Shown: positions 39,785-50,025 of the stretch, piece by piece
How the letters are laid out: each line of letters begins with the position of its first letter
Position numbering within the stretch: position 1 is the first letter of the stretch
Origin: Bacilli bacterium
GTDB taxonomy: Bacteria > Bacillota_I > Bacilli_A > RFN20 > CAG-826
DNA length: 64,000 nt
Assembly (NCBI GenBank): GCA_051872395.1
Contig: JBJEDU010000030.1
Span: 1,372 to 65,371 of the forward strand
Direction: 5' to 3'
Position numbers and translations under genes: made by a program
Notes under the pieces: generated by a model
Told to the model about the DNA's origin: nothing
Databases searched by the model: none
The model's input: the letters and a program-made list of their open reading frames with translations, nothing else

Positions 39785-40562
39785 GGTTGATGGAATATTT
39801 GGCGATGCTTTTTTAAAACGTGACCTTTTATATTTAAAGGTATGCAATATTTTTTCTAAGGCCATATATTTGGTAGATAAAGAAAAAAACATCTATGTTA
39901 TCTACGATATGGATTTACAAAAGATAGATTTTGGTATCGGTGTAAAAAACTTCAAACAAGTTTTTGATGAACATCATATATATATTTCTCAAGTCGCGAT
40001 ATTTGATGGAGAATTAAAAATTGGAAATATCACTATTTCTCCAATCAAATATGAACTGATTAAAAAAGAAGAAAATATTCCTCTTATCGATATTATTACT
40101 CAATATGGTAAGGGTGATTTTTACGATTATTTCATCAATCATAAAGATAATAATTATTTATCTTCTTTTTATTCTTCTTTTTATCAATCACTTATCGATA
40201 AAAATGAAAAACAATTAGATTTATCAATAAATAAATTAATTGGTTATGGTAAAGGATTAACTCCCGATTTTGATGATTATCTTGTTGGACTTTTATATGC
40301 CTTTAATAAAATTGATAATCAAAGATTTGAATTATTAAAAAATGCGACGATTAATAACATTAACATTACTACGACAATATCCCAAAGATATTTATTAAAT
40401 GCGACAAAAGCTTCACAATTTGACATTGTAACAAATGTCAATAAAGACAAAGTCAATAAAGAAGACGCTTTGCTTCTTCTTTCATTTGGTCAGTCCAGCG
40501 GCACTAATATTGCCTTTGGAATATATCACGCAAGAAAGTTGAGTGAAGAATATGGGATTTGA
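39777..40562 (+). CDS. DUF2877 family protein (YahE/YlbF/AllH-like)
   Basis: LIG.G.GLTP..DD.L.G, TT.IS..YL..A, FG.SSG....FG. Confidence 0.85.
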   Translation: MDKVDGIFGDAFLKRDLLYLKVCNIFSKAIYLVDKEKNIYVIYDMDLQKIDFGIGVKNFKQVFDEHHIYISQVAIFDGELKIGNITISPIKYELIKKEENIPLIDIITQYGKGDFYDYFINHKDNNYLSSFYSSFYQSLIDKNEKQLDLSINKLIGYGKGLTPDFDDYLVGLLYAFNKIDNQRFELLKNATINNINITTTISQRYLLNATKASQFDIVTNVNKDKVNKEDALLLLSFGQSSGTNIAFGIYHARKLSEEYGI

Positions 40563-41433
40563 AAAAATTAACAAAGGCTTATACATCTTAAAAATACCTT
40601 TCGCTAATATTTATGTAGCGATTTATTTACTGATAAATAAGAAAAAAATCTTAATTGATTCTGGTTTGTCTAGCGATAATATCACGACATATTTATTACC
40701 AGCATTAAAGGAATTAGGATTAGATATTTTAGATATCGATATATTAACGCAAACACATACCCACGCGGATCATATAGGTGGACATTATAAAATTAAAGAA
40801 CTCAATCCAAATATAAAAGTTTATGCGATAAAAGAAAGCATCGATAAAATTAATAATCCATTATTTTATAACACTGAAATAAGAAAAGTATTTCCATTTG
40901 ATTCACCATCTCCCAATTATGAATTAAAAGGAATACCAGTCGATTATGTTTTAAAAGACAATGAAATAATTGATGACAAAATCAAAGTAATTTACACTCC
41001 TGGTCATGATGATGATTGTGTTTCCTTTTTAGATATGGAAAGCAATATTTTATTGACGGGAGATAGTATTCAACAACACGGCACCGATACGCAAGGTATG
41101 GCGCTTTACATGTATATTGATTCTTATATCGAAACATTAAATAAACTTAAAACATTACATTTAGACGGGATTATTTCTGGTCATCCATTCAACCCATATA
41201 ACGAATATATTTTAGGAAAAGAAAACGTTAATAATTTTATCGATTTTAATTTAAAAATAGTCGATGAATATAACGAAATTATTAAAGAGAATATAACCTT
41301 AGATATTCATGATTTGGTCAAAATGATTATTAAACACAATAATAAGCAAATACCAAATTATTTATTCCTTGGTTTATATACAGTGAGTCAACATCTTGAA
41401 TATATAAAAAAGAAAGAAGGCGAAAAAAGATGA
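40552..41433 (+). CDS. Metallo-beta-lactamase-fold hydrolase
   Basis: LIDSG, THTHADHIGG (HxHxDH), TPGH, TGD, SGH. Confidence 0.9.
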   Translation: MGFEKINKGLYILKIPFANIYVAIYLLINKKKILIDSGLSSDNITTYLLPALKELGLDILDIDILTQTHTHADHIGGHYKIKELNPNIKVYAIKESIDKINNPLFYNTEIRKVFPFDSPSPNYELKGIPVDYVLKDNEIIDDKIKVIYTPGHDDDCVSFLDMESNILLTGDSIQQHGTDTQGMALYMYIDSYIETLNKLKTLHLDGIISGHPFNPYNEYILGKENVNNFIDFNLKIVDEYNEIIKENITLDIHDLVKMIIKHNNKQIPNYLFLGLYTVSQHLEYIKKKEGEKR

Positions 41434-42221
41434 ATAAAACTGTTTTAGTTACTGGTTCATCACATGGTATTGGAGAAGCGACCGCGATTGCGTTCGCTAA
41501 ACTGGGTTATGGCGTTGGTGTCAATACTTTCTCCGATTTGAATGAAGCCAATCGAGTGAGAGATATTTGTCGAAGTTATGGTGTGAAAGCTGAAAGCTAT
41601 ATTTATGATGTCTCTAATAGCGAAGAAGTCGAAAAAATGATGAATGAATTCATTAAAGACTTCGGCCATATTGATGTTTTAGTCAATAACGCTGGAGGAG
41701 CGCTTAAAATGCCAAAAGGACCATTTTATGAGATGCCAGTCGAATACTGGGATTCTCAAATTCGACTCAATCTTAGCCAAGCAGCCTACACTTCACGAAT
41801 CGCGATGAAAAATATGATTGATAATCATATCAAAGGCAAAATTATCAACATTTCAAGCGTTCATAGTCTCGTGACTTATGTTAGAAGAAAAACTCTTCCT
41901 TACTGCGCGGCAAAGGGTGGACTTAATATGTTCACTAAAGCATTAGGAGTAGAAGCAATTAAATATGGCATTAATGTCAACGCAATTGCGCCTGGGTTTA
42001 TTAAAACGACCGCGACCACGAGATATAACGAAAAAGAATTAGAAGCGTTTTTAAGAAAGATTCCAGCAGGAAGACTTGGATGCACTGATGATATAGTCAA
42101 CATGGTTCTCTTCTTAGCGGATGATACTAAATCGAGTTTCATCGTCGGACAAACATTTGTCATCGATGGTGGTCAATCAATCGATGGTGCGATTGATTAT
42201 ATGTTAGATAGTGAAATCTAA
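41430..42221 (+). CDS. Short-chain dehydrogenase/reductase (classical SDR)
   Basis: TGSSHGIG, LVNNAG, NISS, YCAAK, VNAIAPG, IDGG. Confidence 0.93.
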   Translation: MNKTVLVTGSSHGIGEATAIAFAKLGYGVGVNTFSDLNEANRVRDICRSYGVKAESYIYDVSNSEEVEKMMNEFIKDFGHIDVLVNNAGGALKMPKGPFYEMPVEYWDSQIRLNLSQAAYTSRIAMKNMIDNHIKGKIINISSVHSLVTYVRRKTLPYCAAKGGLNMFTKALGVEAIKYGINVNAIAPGFIKTTATTRYNEKELEAFLRKIPAGRLGCTDDIVNMVLFLADDTKSSFIVGQTFVIDGGQSIDGAIDYMLDSEI

Positions 42222-42253
42222 AACTTAAATAAAAGAAAGAGGGTATTATTTTT

Positions 42254-43948
42254 ATGAGTTTTGATGAAGAAAAATTAAAAAGATTAAGAAGCCAATGGGA
42301 ATTTGGTGAAGCTGGCGAATGTCGTCGTGGCTTAATGTTAGGTATGGGTTATACCGAAGAAGAATTACATCGTCCACTTATCGCGATTGTTAATTCATGG
42401 AATGAATATAATCCAGGACACGTTCACTTAAATCAATTAGCGGAGCGTGTTAAACAAGGTGTTAGAGAAGCCGGTGGTTTACCACTTGAAGTAATGACCA
42501 CAGGTATTTGTGATGGAATGGTTTTAAAAGATCCAAAATATATTGAAGTTCCATCAAGAAATAGTATCGCTGACCAAGTTGAAATTACTGTTGATGGTAA
42601 CTTCTTTGATGGTATGGTCATGCTTTGTACATGTGATTCAATCGTTCCTGGTTATTTAATGGCCGCGGCGAGATTAAATATCCCTGCCATTATTATTACT
42701 GGTGGATATATGCCACTTGGTCATTTCAGAGGAAAAGAAGTTCTTCATATTCATGCGCAAGATAAAGTTGGCACTGTTCGTGAAGGAAGAATGGATCTAG
42801 ATGAATATAATGAATTAATCGCTAAGAGTTGGGGTATTTGTGGTGGTTGTACATCAATGACGACCGCGAATTCAATGTGTATGATTGCTGAAGCTCTTGG
42901 TATGACTTTACCAGGTAACTCCACAATGTGCGCGACTGGTTCAGAAATTAGAAACCTTAGCTATATGGCTGGTAAACAAATTATGAAATTAGTGGAAGCC
43001 GGCATTACTGCAAGACAAATTATTACTGAAGAATCTATTAAAAATGCGATTAAGTTAGATATGGCTGTCGCTGCTAGTAGTAACTTAATTCTTCATATTC
43101 CTGCAATCGCTCATGAAGCAGGATATAAACTTCCATGGTGGAAATATTTTGATGAAGCCAGTAATACCGTTCCTCTTTTAAGTCATTTAGCCCCAAGTGG
43201 TATTTATAACTTAAAAGATCTCGATTTAGCGGGTGGTATGCGTGCGGTTCTTAAAAATTTATTACCAATGTTAAATGGTGATTGTTTAACCGTTACTGGT
43301 CATACATTAAAAGAAAATGTTGAAACCGCGGTTGTTTATAACACTGATGTAATTAGAACACTTGATAATCCAGTTACTAAAGACGCTGGAATTGGGGTTT
43401 TATATGGTTCATTAGCCCCAGAAGGTGCAATTATTAAAATTGCAGCAGTGCCAGAACAATTAATGACTTATAAAGGAAAAGCCAAAGTATTTGATTCCTT
43501 AGATGATGCCTTAACAGCACTAAGAACTGGTAATATTCATGAAGGTGATGCTTGTGTCATTCGTTATTTAGGTTTAAAAGCTCGATTTGGTACGACCGCG
43601 TTTACTTTCCAAGAAGAATTAAAAGGACGTCACGAATTATATAATTCTTGTGCGGTCATTACTGATGGACGTTTCTCAGGTGGTTCAAGTGGATTGAGTG
43701 TTGGTTATGTTTCTCCAGAAGCCGCGCTTGGAAGTCCATTAGCCATTGTTGAAGATGGTGATGAAATTTTCATCGATGTTCCAAATAGAAAGATTGATCT
43801 TTTAGTGGATGAAAAGACAGTGAAAGAAAGATTAAAACATTTCCACTTTGAATTCCCAAAAAATAAATATCCTCGTTATTTAAACTTCTTTGCTAAGAAC
43901 GTTTCTTCAATGGCAAAAGGTGGAATTTGGGACGACGACGAAGAATAA
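42254..43948 (+). CDS. IlvD/Edd family Fe-S dehydratase (probable sugar-acid dehydratase, divergent)
   Basis: PGHVHL, ICDG, CD, C...TANSM, G.LAPEGA..K, TDGRFSGG, SPEAA. Confidence 0.9.
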   Translation: MSFDEEKLKRLRSQWEFGEAGECRRGLMLGMGYTEEELHRPLIAIVNSWNEYNPGHVHLNQLAERVKQGVREAGGLPLEVMTTGICDGMVLKDPKYIEVPSRNSIADQVEITVDGNFFDGMVMLCTCDSIVPGYLMAAARLNIPAIIITGGYMPLGHFRGKEVLHIHAQDKVGTVREGRMDLDEYNELIAKSWGICGGCTSMTTANSMCMIAEALGMTLPGNSTMCATGSEIRNLSYMAGKQIMKLVEAGITARQIITEESIKNAIKLDMAVAASSNLILHIPAIAHEAGYKLPWWKYFDEASNTVPLLSHLAPSGIYNLKDLDLAGGMRAVLKNLLPMLNGDCLTVTGHTLKENVETAVVYNTDVIRTLDNPVTKDAGIGVLYGSLAPEGAIIKIAAVPEQLMTYKGKAKVFDSLDDALTALRTGNIHEGDACVIRYLGLKARFGTTAFTFQEELKGRHELYNSCAVITDGRFSGGSSGLSVGYVSPEAALGSPLAIVEDGDEIFIDVPNRKIDLLVDEKTVKERLKHFHFEFPKNKYPRYLNFFAKNVSSMAKGGIWDDDEE

Positions 43949-43967
43949 AAATTTGAAAGAAAATAGT

Positions 43968-45560
43968 ATGGATAAAATAAGTAGAGAAATTAAAGATTTT
44001 CTATTTGTCGGAAGTGGAGTTTCTTCCTTAGTCGCACTTCATAATATTGATACCAAGAAATATGATTGTGCAGTAGTTTCTTTAGGAAACGGCTCCTCTC
44101 CTTTTATCCATGGTATTTCGATTCCAATAACTAAAGAAGATTCAATTGAAAAATATTATCAAGAATTTTTACTTTCTTCCCACTTTCAATGCGATAAAGA
44201 ATTGGCTAAAACATTAACATACAATTCTTTGAATGTTGTCGATTTTATTAAATCGATTGGTTTAGATTTTAATAAAGATAAAAATGGTAATTATGAAGTA
44301 TTAAAACCATTAGGAATGAATTATCCACGAGTGGTCTCAATTAAAAATGAATTAGGACATATTGTGCAAACAAAATTAAAAGAAGACAAAGTTGATGAAG
44401 TTGAATTTATTAGTGGAAAATTAATAAAAATATTCAAAAATGGCAATGTTTTTGCTTCAATTATCGCTTTAAATAATAAAGAAATTAAAATTGTTTATTC
44501 CAAAGGAATTCTTATCGCAAGTGGAGGATTTTCTAAATTATATTCATTTTCCACGAATAGTTTTGATTTAAGTGGTGATGCCTTGTTCGCTAGTTACGAT
44601 ATTGGCGCGAGTTTATGCGATTTAGAATTTGTTCAATTTGAACCAAGTGTCGCGGTTTATCCTACCCCTTTGGTAGGTAAAAGCGTGATAACCACACTAT
44701 TTTATAGTGGGGCAACTTTAGAAAATAGTTTAAATGAAAGATTTATGTTTAATTATTCTAAAGATGGGGAAAGAGTCAATAAAGATTTAATGAGTAAAGC
44801 AATCGCTAAAGAAATTAAAGAAGGTAGAGTTTCTTCTCATGGTGGCGTTTATTTCAACGCGACTGGTGTTGATAAAGACCTACTATTAACTTCGTATAAA
44901 TCTTACTACGATAGATATAAAAATGTTGGTATTGATATTAGTAAAGAAAAGATGGAAATCGCCCCTGGCGCGCATACGACTTTAGGAGGCATTAAAGCTA
45001 ATAAAGATTGTCTTAGTGAAGTTAATGGTCTATTTGTTTGTGGCGAAGCCATGGGTGGAGTTCATGGAGCGAATAGAATGGGTGGATGCGCTGGGTTAGA
45101 AACTTTTGTCTTTGGTGATATCGCTGGTAAATCTATTAATAAATTTTTAACTTCTAATTTTAAAAGAATTGATAAAAATGATTTAAATGATATCGATATT
45201 GAAGTAAATAAATTCATCAATTCTTTAGTGGTCAATGATAAAGATTATTCTTTATTTAAAAAAGAACTTGGTAATATTTTAACTAATAATTTTGGTGTTA
45301 TTAGAAATAAAGTTGAGATGTTAGAAGGCTATAAAAAAGCTTTAAATATGTTAAATAAACTAGAAAAAGAGGAAAAATCTCTTTCTTTAGTTTCTTTAAT
45401 TTCTAATCTTTCTTTAGCTCTACTAATGATGCAATCTGCCTTAAATAGAGAGAAAAGTGTAGGTTGTCATTATATTAAAAATATAAATGAAGATGATAAT
45501 GAACCTCGTTATCAAATTGTCATAAATAAATCTTATGGAATAAGAAAGGAGCAATTATGA
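43968..45560 (+). CDS. FAD-dependent oxidoreductase of the SdhA/FrdA/NadB family (divergent, no partner subunits nearby)
   Basis: FVGSG, ASGG, EFVQF, H.T.GGI, GLF.CGE..GG.HGANR.GG, R..S.G.H; ATG 43968. Confidence 0.85.
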   Translation: MDKISREIKDFLFVGSGVSSLVALHNIDTKKYDCAVVSLGNGSSPFIHGISIPITKEDSIEKYYQEFLLSSHFQCDKELAKTLTYNSLNVVDFIKSIGLDFNKDKNGNYEVLKPLGMNYPRVVSIKNELGHIVQTKLKEDKVDEVEFISGKLIKIFKNGNVFASIIALNNKEIKIVYSKGILIASGGFSKLYSFSTNSFDLSGDALFASYDIGASLCDLEFVQFEPSVAVYPTPLVGKSVITTLFYSGATLENSLNERFMFNYSKDGERVNKDLMSKAIAKEIKEGRVSSHGGVYFNATGVDKDLLLTSYKSYYDRYKNVGIDISKEKMEIAPGAHTTLGGIKANKDCLSEVNGLFVCGEAMGGVHGANRMGGCAGLETFVFGDIAGKSINKFLTSNFKRIDKNDLNDIDIEVNKFINSLVVNDKDYSLFKKELGNILTNNFGVIRNKVEMLEGYKKALNMLNKLEKEEKSLSLVSLISNLSLALLMMQSALNREKSVGCHYIKNINEDDNEPRYQIVINKSYGIRKEQL

Positions 45561-47086
45561 AAAAGGTAATTATTAAAAGAAGTCGATATGTTGATTCTGT
45601 TACTTTGATGGGCATCAGTGAAAAAGCTCGTAAAAAAGAAGGAATCATTAATGTTGAAGTTGCGATGGGCACAAAAGCTAATAAAGAAGTCCTCCTTGAT
45701 AGTGGTTTCGTGTTAGCTGATGATATCACCGCGAACGATCTAATAATCGCAATCGATTCAAAAGAAGAATTATTAGATAAAAACATTGAATATATCGAAT
45801 CATTATTAAATAAGAAACAAGCGAGAGGAAAAGTGTTTACTGATTTAAATGATGAAGATGTGAACGATAAAGATTATGATATCGTTCAAATTTCTTTACC
45901 AGGAGAATATGCTTTTGTTGAAGGAATGAAGGCCCTTAAAAAAGGATTACATGTCTTCATGTTTTCAGATAATGTTCCATTAGAACAAGAAAAAATAATG
46001 AAAGAATATGCCTATGAACATAACTTGTTATGTATGGGTCCTGATTGTGGTGTTGCTCTTATTGGTGGTTTATCTTTAGGTGCAGGAAGCATTATTCGAC
46101 CAGGAAGAGTAGGTATCGTTGGTGCTTCTGGTTCAGGAGCACAAGAAGTAGGTTGTTTAGTGGAAGCCTTAGGAGATGGTATTTCTTCTCTTATTGGAAC
46201 TGGTGGAAGAGACTTAAATCCTATGATTAATGGTCTAATGATGAAGATGGGTATGAAATTACTCGATCAAGATGATAATACTGAAGTTATCGTTTTAGTA
46301 TCTAAATTAGCAGACCTCAACGTCATGAAAGAAGTCCTTAATGACGCTGATAAACTTCAAAAACCAGTCGTCGCTGTATTTTTAGGAAGCAATGAAGAAA
46401 TATTTAAAGGTCATAGAACTATCGCAGCATTTTCATTAGAGGCCGCGGCAGTGGAAGCTGTCAAATTATTAGGCATTAATAAATCACTTCAAATAAGTGA
46501 AGAAGAAATTGAAAAAATCGCTGAAAGTGAAGTTAAAAAATTCAATTCTAAACAAAAATATATTCGTGGATTATATTGTGGTGGAACTTTCACTGAAGAA
46601 GGACTTATATATTATAAAAACCATATTCCAAATATTACTCTTTATTCAAATATCTCATCGAAATACACAATTAAATTAGATGATAAAGATGTTAGTAAAG
46701 AAAACACTATTTTGGATATGGGCGCGGAAGATTTTACCGAAAAATTACCACATCCAGTTTTTGAGCCTAATCTCCGTTTAAAAAGATTAGAAAAAGAACT
46801 TTTAGATGATGAAGTCGCGTTAATTACTCTTGATTTCATTACTGGACCAGGAGTGCATGAAGACCCTGTTACTTCATTTATTGAACTAATTAAAAAACAT
46901 CGACAAGAAAATAAAAATTATGTTTCTTTCATCGTTAATATTTGTGGTTCTATAGAAGACCCTCAAAATATTTTAAAGATTAAAGAAGAATTAAAAAACG
47001 CTGGTGTTATCGTTTCTTTTTCCAATAATGAAACCGCGAGAATTGCTGGAAAAATTCTTTCTAAATTAAATGAAAGGAGTAAATAA
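45557..47086 (+). CDS. fdrA: FdrA/YahF (AllF-like; succinyl-CoA synthetase alpha-like fold)
   Basis: Y.DSV.LM, MGT..N, IS.PG.YA, FSDNV, MGPDCG, GASG.G.QE, GTGGRD, GLY.GGT, D.G...FT...PHP. Confidence 0.92.
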   Translation: MKKVIIKRSRYVDSVTLMGISEKARKKEGIINVEVAMGTKANKEVLLDSGFVLADDITANDLIIAIDSKEELLDKNIEYIESLLNKKQARGKVFTDLNDEDVNDKDYDIVQISLPGEYAFVEGMKALKKGLHVFMFSDNVPLEQEKIMKEYAYEHNLLCMGPDCGVALIGGLSLGAGSIIRPGRVGIVGASGSGAQEVGCLVEALGDGISSLIGTGGRDLNPMINGLMMKMGMKLLDQDDNTEVIVLVSKLADLNVMKEVLNDADKLQKPVVAVFLGSNEEIFKGHRTIAAFSLEAAAVEAVKLLGINKSLQISEEEIEKIAESEVKKFNSKQKYIRGLYCGGTFTEEGLIYYKNHIPNITLYSNISSKYTIKLDDKDVSKENTILDMGAEDFTEKLPHPVFEPNLRLKRLEKELLDDEVALITLDFITGPGVHEDPVTSFIELIKKHRQENKNYVSFIVNICGSIEDPQNILKIKEELKNAGVIVSFSNNETARIAGKILSKLNERSK

Positions 47087-47091
47087 GCGAT

Positions 47092-48510
47092 ATGAAAATT
47101 ATTAAAGAAAATAAAACCAAACCAAGAGTTATTAATATTGGTTTAACTCGTTTCTATGATGCGATTGTTAATCAAGATGTTGAGGCTGCTTCAATTGATT
47201 GGAGACCACCATATAAAGGTGATGATGAACTCAAAAAATTAGTGGATTTATCTCCTTCTTTAAGAAAGAAAATCAATCTCGCTAATCAAGAAGCTGTTTC
47301 TAAAATTATCGATGGTAATCCTGTGTGGGTAGATATTTTACCTGCCGGTGAAGTCATCGAAGGATTAGAAGATTATACGATTATTCATAGTGGACCACCA
47401 ATCGATTATGAAGATATGGTTATGCTCCATAAAAGAGGAATGGTCAGTGGTTGTCTATTTGAAGGATGGGCAAAAACTGAAGAAGAGGCTGTCAAATTAT
47501 TAAAATCTGGAAAGATTAAAATGATGTCAGCGTTAGATACGAACACTGTTGGTGCCGGTACTGGTATTATTACAAAATCTGTCGCGATGATTATTATCGA
47601 AGATAAAGTGACTGGAAAACGTGCAGCGACTTTCCCTGCTGAAGGAGAATTCCAAGGTGGATTCTGTGGTTGGGGTTTATATAACGAAGGCATCGCTAAT
47701 AACTTAAAAGTTATGAGAGAAAAATGGCTTCCAGTTATGCGACAAGCGGTGAAAAGTTTAGGTGGTATTCCTATTAAACCAATTCTTGCTGAATCGATGC
47801 AAATGGGTGATGAAAACCATACTCGTCAGACAGCGTCTGACCTATTATTCGATAAAATTTTATTGCCAGCAATGTTTAAACTTGATTTACCAAAAGAAGA
47901 AATACTCAGCGCGATGAAATATGTCGTTGAAACACCAAGATTTTTCCATTGTTTTGGTCAAGGCGCTAGTCGAACAGCCTTAATTGGTGCGGATGGGACA
48001 AAATATTCAACGATGGTTACTGCAGTATGCGGTAATGGTGTCACTTTTGGTATCAAAGTAGCAGGCTTACCAAATAAATGGTTTATCGCTCCGGCTCCAA
48101 TGATGAAAGGTAAATACACTTCTCCAAAATTCACTATTAAAGATCAATTACCATGGATTGGTGATAGTTGTGTTGTCGAATGTTATGGTATGGGCGGTTT
48201 AGCGTGTTCTTGTTCCCCAATCGTCGGTAATTTAAGAGGATTAACACTCAAACAATGTATCTCTATTACTCGAGAGATGGAACAAATTACCATTACTCAT
48301 AATCCATCTTTCCCGGCTCCAAACTTAGATTTTGATTTCTTACCATGTGGTATTGATATTGTCAAAGTATTAGAAACTGGAATTACTCCAGAAATTCATG
48401 GTGGAATGTTCAATTATCAAGGTGGTTTGATTGGCGCTGGAAGCGCTAGAATTCCATTAGAGTGCTTTAAAAAAGCGATGGAAGAATTTAAGAAAGTCTA
48501 TGGAGAATAA
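47092..48510 (+). CDS. DUF1116 protein (YahG/YlbE/AllG-like)
   Basis: N-terminal VINIG...F.......W.PP (YahG architecture), HSGPP, MGDE.H.R, NG..FGI, GDS...E..G.GG, GID..KV...G..P. Confidence 0.9.
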   Translation: MKIIKENKTKPRVINIGLTRFYDAIVNQDVEAASIDWRPPYKGDDELKKLVDLSPSLRKKINLANQEAVSKIIDGNPVWVDILPAGEVIEGLEDYTIIHSGPPIDYEDMVMLHKRGMVSGCLFEGWAKTEEEAVKLLKSGKIKMMSALDTNTVGAGTGIITKSVAMIIIEDKVTGKRAATFPAEGEFQGGFCGWGLYNEGIANNLKVMREKWLPVMRQAVKSLGGIPIKPILAESMQMGDENHTRQTASDLLFDKILLPAMFKLDLPKEEILSAMKYVVETPRFFHCFGQGASRTALIGADGTKYSTMVTAVCGNGVTFGIKVAGLPNKWFIAPAPMMKGKYTSPKFTIKDQLPWIGDSCVVECYGMGGLACSCSPIVGNLRGLTLKQCISITREMEQITITHNPSFPAPNLDFDFLPCGIDIVKVLETGITPEIHGGMFNYQGGLIGAGSARIPLECFKKAMEEFKKVYGE

Positions 48511-49372
48511 TAATTTATTTATTATTGAAAATGATTTTATTAAATTAACTATTTCTTCTTTAGGTGCAGAAATAGTGTCTTTAACTTATAAAACAACAAA
48601 CAAAGAAAAAATATTTGAGGGTGATGATATTTGGAAAGGTCATTTCCATAATATCTTCCCTCTAGCAGGAAGAAATAAAGATGATATTTATGTTTATCAA
48701 AACAAAAAATATCAGCTCAATCTTCATGGGTTCGCTAAAGATAAAACATTTACTTTAGTTAAACATACAAAAGATTTTATCTCTTTTAATTTAAAAGATG
48801 ATAAAAATACCTTATTACATTATCCGTTTCACTTCTTATTAACAATTAGTTATTTATTAAAAGATAATTCCGTTATTATCGAATACAAGATTAAAAATTT
48901 AAGTGAAACGAAAATGTATTATTCAATTGGTTTACATCCTGGATTTAAGTTAGATATCACTGATGATAACCAATTGAAAAATTACAAAATTTTATTATCA
49001 AATAATTCGTATAAGAAATTATTAACTAATGAACAAAGATTAATAAAAGATGAAATCATTGTTAATAACAATTGTATTGATATTGATATTAATCAATTCA
49101 ATAACGGAGGACTTCTCTATCAAGTCGATAGCGATAATATCGATTTGATAGATGAAAGTAATAAAAAGATTATTTCTTTAAAATTAGATAAGTTAGATTT
49201 TCCCTACCTCGTTCTATATTCACACAAAAACGGACATTTTATATGTATCGAACCTTGGAGTGGAATAACTAGTTTAGAAAATGAATCAAAAAATCTAATT
49301 GATAAAAGAAATATATTCCAATTAGATGTTAATGAAGAAGCATATAAATCTATCACTTTGGAGGTCAATTAA
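48500..49372 (+). CDS. Aldose 1-epimerase family protein (LacX-like)
   Basis: GAE..S, IFP..GR, HGFA, YPF.F, G.HPGF, FICIEPW. Confidence 0.9.
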   Translation: MENNNLFIIENDFIKLTISSLGAEIVSLTYKTTNKEKIFEGDDIWKGHFHNIFPLAGRNKDDIYVYQNKKYQLNLHGFAKDKTFTLVKHTKDFISFNLKDDKNTLLHYPFHFLLTISYLLKDNSVIIEYKIKNLSETKMYYSIGLHPGFKLDITDDNQLKNYKILLSNNSYKKLLTNEQRLIKDEIIVNNNCIDIDINQFNNGGLLYQVDSDNIDLIDESNKKIISLKLDKLDFPYLVLYSHKNGHFICIEPWSGITSLENESKNLIDKRNIFQLDVNEEAYKSITLEVN

Positions 49373-49374
49373 AT

Positions 49375-50025
49375 ATGCAAAAATATGAAGTACTAAAGAC
49401 AGTAAACGAAGAAAAAATTGTCGCGATTGTAAGAGTTAAAAATAGCGATACCGCTATCCCGTTAGTGGACTCTTTAGTTAAAGGTGGAATTAAATGTATT
49501 GAAGTAACATTTACCTCACCTTATATGCATTCTGTTTTAGAAACTATTTCAAGAAAATATGATGGTAATCCAAATGTCATTTTAGGAGCAGGTAGTATTT
49601 TAGATCCCGTTTCTGCGCGAGTGGCGATATTAAGTGGAGCAAAATTTATTGTCACTCCAACTATTAGTGAAGAAGTCGTAAAGATTTGTAATCTTTATAG
49701 TGTTCCAGTATTTTCTGGAGTTATGAGTCCTACTGAAGCACTCAAAGCCAAGGAAGTTGGTGTTGATGTGGTGAAGATTTATCCTGCTGACCAATTCAAA
49801 TTTAATATCATTAAATCTTTAAAAGGACCAATGCCAACCTTAGAAGTCATGCCTACTGGTGGAGTGAATATTACCAATATTAAAGATTGGATTAAAAATG
49901 GCGCTTTTGCGTGTGGAGTTGGTGGTTCATTATTCGATGGACTAAAAGAAGGTAATTTTGAAAAAATTACTAACAACGCAAAAGAATTTTTATCCGCCAT
50001 TAAGGAGGCAAAAGAAAATGAATAA
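49375..50025 (+). CDS. eda: KDPG/KHG aldolase
   Basis: AIVR, GG...IEVT, GAG..L, GA.FIV.P, PTE, K.YPA, PTGGV. Confidence 0.93.
   Translation: MQKYEVLKTVNEEKIVAIVRVKNSDTAIPLVDSLVKGGIKCIEVTFTSPYMHSVLETISRKYDGNPNVILGAGSILDPVSARVAILSGAKFIVTPTISEEVVKICNLYSVPVFSGVMSPTEALKAKEVGVDVVKIYPADQFKFNIIKSLKGPMPTLEVMPTGGVNITNIKDWIKNGAFACGVGGSLFDGLKEGNFEKITNNAKEFLSAIKEAKENE

Noticed and set aside
42254-45560. Calling these genes biosynthetic ilvD and nadB or sdhA
   Set aside because: No ilv, nad or sdh partners are present, the context is catabolic, and key motifs are altered.
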